Part shown: piece by piece, positions 60,357-64,000 of the stretch
Numbering within the stretch: position 1 is the first letter of the stretch
How the letters are laid out: every line of letters begins with the position of its first letter
Origin: an uncultured delta proteobacterium
GTDB lineage: Bacteria; Desulfobacterota; RBG-13-43-22
Assembly (NCBI GenBank): GCA_963790475.1
Contig: CAWBOS010000006.1
Span: 352,001 to 416,000 of the forward strand
Reading direction: 5' to 3'
Length of the DNA: 64,000 bases
Notes under the pieces: generated by a model
Databases searched by the model: none
Seen by the model: only the letters and a program-made list of their open reading frames with translations
What the model was told of the DNA's origin: nothing
Program-made: the position numbers and the translations under genes

Positions 60357-60956
60357 TCATTTCGGGGCCAGACCTTTGTCGTCCGGGGCGGAAAGGGGTG
60401 AGTGTAGCAGCAGCTTTAGCTTCTTGAAATCGTCAGTAAATTCTTTTCCGATTTTGGGGAACCGCATGGCCGCCGCCGGATGGAAAGTGATCAGATAGAC
60501 CCTGTCTCCATCTTTAATAATTTCCCCGTGTTCCCGGCTGACGGAAACCTCCCGGTCCAGGACGGCCCAGGAGGCGACATTCCCCAATAAAACGATGATC
60601 TTCGGGTCAACGACTGCCAACTGCCGGAAAAGGTGGCCGCGGCCGTGGGCGATATCGGCCTTGGTCGGGGTTCCCCGCCGGGGAAGATATTTAACCGGGC
60701 TGGTGATGAAAACTTCTTTTTCCTCCAGGCCGATCTCCCGGATCATCGACCGGAGAAACTTCCCTGATCTTCCGATGAAGGGGCGGCCGACCTTGGCTTC
60801 TTCTTTGCCCGGCGCCTCACCGATAAAAGCGATTTCGGCGTTGGCGTTTCCCTCACCGGCCACCGCCCGGCCCAGCTTCCCTTCCCGGCACTGTTCACAG
60901 TCCTCAATCTCCCGGGCTATTTTCATTAACTCTGATTCCCTGGACGCCTTTTTCAT
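60357..60956 (-). CDS. Uracil-DNA glycosylase, family 4-like
   Basis: GEAPG...GRPFIGRSG motif A and HPAA motif B. Confidence 0.9.
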   Translation of the reverse strand: MKKASRESELMKIAREIEDCEQCREGKLGRAVAGEGNANAEIAFIGEAPGKEEAKVGRPFIGRSGKFLRSMIREIGLEEKEVFITSPVKYLPRRGTPTKADIAHGRGHLFRQLAVVDPKIIVLLGNVASWAVLDREVSVSREHGEIIKDGDRVYLITFHPAAAMRFPKIGKEFTDDFKKLKLLLHSPLSAPDDKGLAPK

Positions 60957-61169
60957 TGAACTCTCCCGGAATGGATGATAACGCCGGAGTAGGGTAAAGT
61001 GGAAATCATTCTTGACAAAATGGCACCGAAGAACTTATTTGCAAAAGCAAGCAAAGTCGGTGATTGGGCCCTCTGAACAAAGGGAAAAAAGATCAAAATA
61101 ACAACTTGGAAGAAACGGTCGATTGAAGCACTTGATCCGAGATCAGGTTTGCCAGGGTCTTATTTTTCG

Positions 61170-61203
61170 ACAGCGGGGGGATAGTGTTTCTCCCCCCGGC
61201 TGT
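61170..61203 (-). terminator. GC-rich hairpin downstream of the thiolase
   Basis: ACAGCGGGGGGA...TCCCCCCGGCTGT, 11 nt after the stop; no U tract on the minus strand. Confidence 0.4.
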
Positions 61204-61214
61204 TATATGTTGTT

Positions 61215-62522
61215 TTAATTCATGGCCTCAACGATGGTGCTGATGCCTTCACCGGCCCCGATACACTGGGTGGCCAGACCGTAACGTTTTCCGCTGCGTC
61301 GTAATTCCTTGGCCACGGTCATGACCAGCCGCGCGCCGGTTGCTCCCAGGGGGTGACCGATCCCCAGAGACCCGCCGTTTACATTGATCTTCTCTTCCGG
61401 AATACCGAGGTCTTTAAGGGAGGCAATAACCTGGCAGGCAAAGGCCTCGTTGAATTCCACCCGGTCGATCTGATCAGCCGCGATCCCGGCATGCTTCATC
61501 GCTTTAAATGTAGCCGGAATTGGGCCTATCCCCATAAGCTGGCCTTTAACGCCGCCTACACCGATCCCGACAATGCGGGCCAGGGGGGTGAGACCCAATT
61601 TTATGGCCATATCCTCGGCCATGATCAGCACCGCTGAGGCCCCGCTGTTGGTCGGGCAGGAATTGCCGGCCGTAATCTGTACCGGTTTATTACAGAAACT
61701 GATAACCCCTTTTACCGGATTCATCTTTCCCAGGTCCTCCATATTACAAGCCGGCCGGATACACTCATCACGGTCAAAAAGGACCATCTCGCCCTTTTCC
61801 TCGGGGACCCACTCTTTCTTCTCGTTGAAAACCGGTTTCTCCACTTCCATGGGGATCACTTCGTCTTTGTAAATCCCCGCGGCATAGGCCGCCGTCAGTT
61901 TTTTATGACTTCTGACGGTAAAGGCATCCAGTTCTTCCCGGGAGATGTTGTACATGTCCACGACATTCTGAGCGGTTTGGACCATGGGCTGCAAGGGGGG
62001 TGAGTCAAGGATCTCATCCGGAACCGGCACGGAAAAGTAGTTGAAATGATCCTCGGCCATGTCCCGCTGGAGTTTGGATTTCACGAAAATATTGGGGTTC
62101 ATTGAGGTCACACGGGTCGGCGGAGGTCCTTCGGGCCTGCCCCCACCAATGGTCCGTCCCATCCGTTCCACCCCCAGGGAGATACCGCAGTCCGTGGCCC
62201 CGACCATGATGGCCATGGCAATGCGCTGCATGGTCTCCATGGAAGAGCCGCACTGGCGATTACTGTGAAAGTTGGTGGTTTCTGCCGGCAATCCGGCCAG
62301 CCGGGAAATACCGCCCAGAATAACCAGATCGGGCGTCCCTCCGGCGTTTCCGATGCCGAAATCTTCGATCATGGTCGGTTTTACCTTGGGGTTTCTTTCC
62401 ATCAAGGTGCGGACGACCTTGGCCGCCACTTCATCCAGACGGGTGGCCTCAAACATGCCTCGGCCCCCCCAGGAAAATGGAGATCGTACGCCATCTACGA
62501 TAACTGCGTTTCTAAATTTCAT
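61215..62522 (-). CDS. Thiolase (acetyl-CoA acyltransferase)
   Basis: NRQCGSS, NEAF, GHPLGATG and CIGAG. Confidence 0.95.
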   Translation of the reverse strand: MKFRNAVIVDGVRSPFSWGGRGMFEATRLDEVAAKVVRTLMERNPKVKPTMIEDFGIGNAGGTPDLVILGGISRLAGLPAETTNFHSNRQCGSSMETMQRIAMAIMVGATDCGISLGVERMGRTIGGGRPEGPPPTRVTSMNPNIFVKSKLQRDMAEDHFNYFSVPVPDEILDSPPLQPMVQTAQNVVDMYNISREELDAFTVRSHKKLTAAYAAGIYKDEVIPMEVEKPVFNEKKEWVPEEKGEMVLFDRDECIRPACNMEDLGKMNPVKGVISFCNKPVQITAGNSCPTNSGASAVLIMAEDMAIKLGLTPLARIVGIGVGGVKGQLMGIGPIPATFKAMKHAGIAADQIDRVEFNEAFACQVIASLKDLGIPEEKINVNGGSLGIGHPLGATGARLVMTVAKELRRSGKRYGLATQCIGAGEGISTIVEAMN

Positions 62523-62685
62523 AAAACTTTTCCTTTCTAATTCATGATATTAAGCTTTGTTTCTAATGGAATCCCATAAACGTTCATCTTATTTTTATAA
62601 TCAATTCAAGGGGTAGGTGTCAAGAATAAAAGATAAGTTTAACCGATGATTAAAATATGGGTAGGGAACTTTAAGTTGCACCCGG

Positions 62686-63282
62686 TTAAAAGGTGATCAC
62701 TTTGTCGGCCACTTGCAGGCTGGTGACGATGTCGAGCATGTTAGTGGTCTCACCGCATTGTTTCTTATCCAGAAGGCCGAAATGGTTCAGACAGGTCCCG
62801 CAGACCAGAATCGATATTCCCGCCTTTTCCAGCTCTTGCAGGACAGGGAGGGTATCGGTCCCTTCTATGGTCAGTTTCACTCCGGAATTGACAAAAACCA
62901 GACGCCACAAGGCGGTTCCCATTTCTTTCAGAGTCCGGAGGAAATTTAACATAAGCAAAGTCCCCAACTGATCATCCCCCCGACCCATGGCCGCTTGGGT
63001 TATCATAATCAGGGTTTTTTGCGTCCTATCCTCTGAACCTTCTAATTCTATTTCACAGCTTCCGGGCCCCTGTCGATGCCCTTGAACCTGGAAATCAGGA
63101 TCAGCCCCATGGATGGAGGCTTTAAAACCATGGGTCCCAAGAAACCGCTCGACATTCCGGGCAGCAGCCAGGTTGTCCACCAAGACCATTACCTCCCTAT
63201 TGTCCGGATGAGCCGCAAGGAAGTCCCTGGTTTCCACCACCGGCTGGGGGCAGGTCAGGCCTTTACAATCTAATAGTTCCAT
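62686..63282 (-). CDS. yedF: Selenium-metabolism sulfurtransferase-like protein YedF (TusA + DsrE domains)
   Basis: LDCKGLTCPQPV, GRGDDQLG, NSGVKL and CGTCLNHF...TNMLDIV. Confidence 0.9.
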   Translation of the reverse strand: MELLDCKGLTCPQPVVETRDFLAAHPDNREVMVLVDNLAAARNVERFLGTHGFKASIHGADPDFQVQGHRQGPGSCEIELEGSEDRTQKTLIMITQAAMGRGDDQLGTLLMLNFLRTLKEMGTALWRLVFVNSGVKLTIEGTDTLPVLQELEKAGISILVCGTCLNHFGLLDKKQCGETTNMLDIVTSLQVADKVITF

Positions 63283-63438
63283 TATAGTCACACTCCAGGA
63301 AAATTAATTTTAATGGATTTGCGAAAAGTCTCCTATAGGGAAAGTTACCTGAGCTTCAATGATATAATTATTGAAAAGTTGAGCGGAGGATGTCAAATAG
63401 GAAATATCTGGGCAATCTGAGAGTTAGATAGGTTCTCT

Positions 63439-64000
63439 CTATGTTTTGCGGATTTCTTCCTCTTCCCGGTTTTCCGCATCGGTTTCGTCATCCGGGGAGT
63501 CCGGTGGTTGTTCATTTTGCTGCGGCTGTTCCTTCGGGGTTCGGAAGCCTTTGGACAATTCATCAAAAATAATCAGATCGATATCACGGACCATTTCGCT
63601 GAGATGCTGGAAGCTGTTTAACAGTTCCAGATGAAGATTGCTGCTCTCCTCGCTTTCCTTAATCCCTTCGGTAAGGCGGTGAATATGGTTTTGCCTGAAT
63701 TCCAGGACCAAAGCCACATTGCGGGGGTGACAGGTGACGGCCTCTTCGGCCAGACGGGGATTGTTCTGGACCAGGGCCTTATGGGTCATCCGCATACCCC
63801 GCATCAGGGATTCGACCAGGGTCATCAATTCTTCCTTGCCCAACAAGGAAAAATGAACCCCCCGGTTAAGCTTGGTCTCAATTCGATACCTGATGTCCCG
63901 TTCAATGATATCGTTGATCTTTTCCAGGCTGTCGAGGAGGCGGATCAGTCCCATGGCATACCCCTGTTCGTCCTGGTTAAGGGACTGACGAAGGACCCGG
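63439..64000 (-). CDS. C-terminal PhoU-like domain, probably of a Na/Pi cotransporter (partial)
   Basis: Frame open to the window end; LEKINDII...FS..GKEEL...RQNHIHRL...SSNLHLELL. Confidence 0.75.
   Translation of the reverse strand, partial: RVLRQSLNQDEQGYAMGLIRLLDSLEKINDIIERDIRYRIETKLNRGVHFSLLGKEELMTLVESLMRGMRMTHKALVQNNPRLAEEAVTCHPRNVALVLEFRQNHIHRLTEGIKESEESSNLHLELLNSFQHLSEMVRDIDLIIFDELSKGFRTPKEQPQQNEQPPDSPDDETDAENREEEEIRKT

Overview
Bacterial chromosomal window, most consistent with an anaerobic deltaproteobacterium (Desulfobacterota-like; inferred from gene content and order). Core genes: ssb, sirC-ccsA-hemA, RNase G, tRNA-Val/tRNA-Asp, TldD, an ABC-F protein, rmlA/B/D, YqgE, uracil-DNA glycosylase and YedF. 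There are many acyl-CoA enzymes (two family III CoA-transferases, a GctAB-like pair, acyl-CoA dehydrogenase, thiolase, MaoC). Also present: a cytoplasmic Mo/W-bisPGD oxidoreductase with an FeS subunit, a MoxR-VWA pair, and a STAS-cheY-cheA-mcp-cheW-cheR-cheD-cheB-REC/GGDEF chemosensory operon in which cheA and cheB are frameshifted. Decayed material includes an internally deleted IS that keeps both terminal repeats, a pdxA remnant and two broken lipoprotein genes. Intergenic DNA carries two 144-bp palindromic MITE-like elements around tRNA-Val, two REP-type elements, and several different 7-9-nt periodic repeat tracts that often pair into hairpins. The best candidate for an undescribed system is an AT-rich, tightly coupled three-gene cassette (52996-54819) converging on a Phd-PIN toxin-antitoxin pair. 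It encodes a TIGR04255-like protein, a protein with a low-complexity N-terminal tail, and a small ADP-ribosyltransferase-like protein, and may be a chaperone/sensor-antitoxin-toxin defence module. All family assignments were made by eye; no searches were run.
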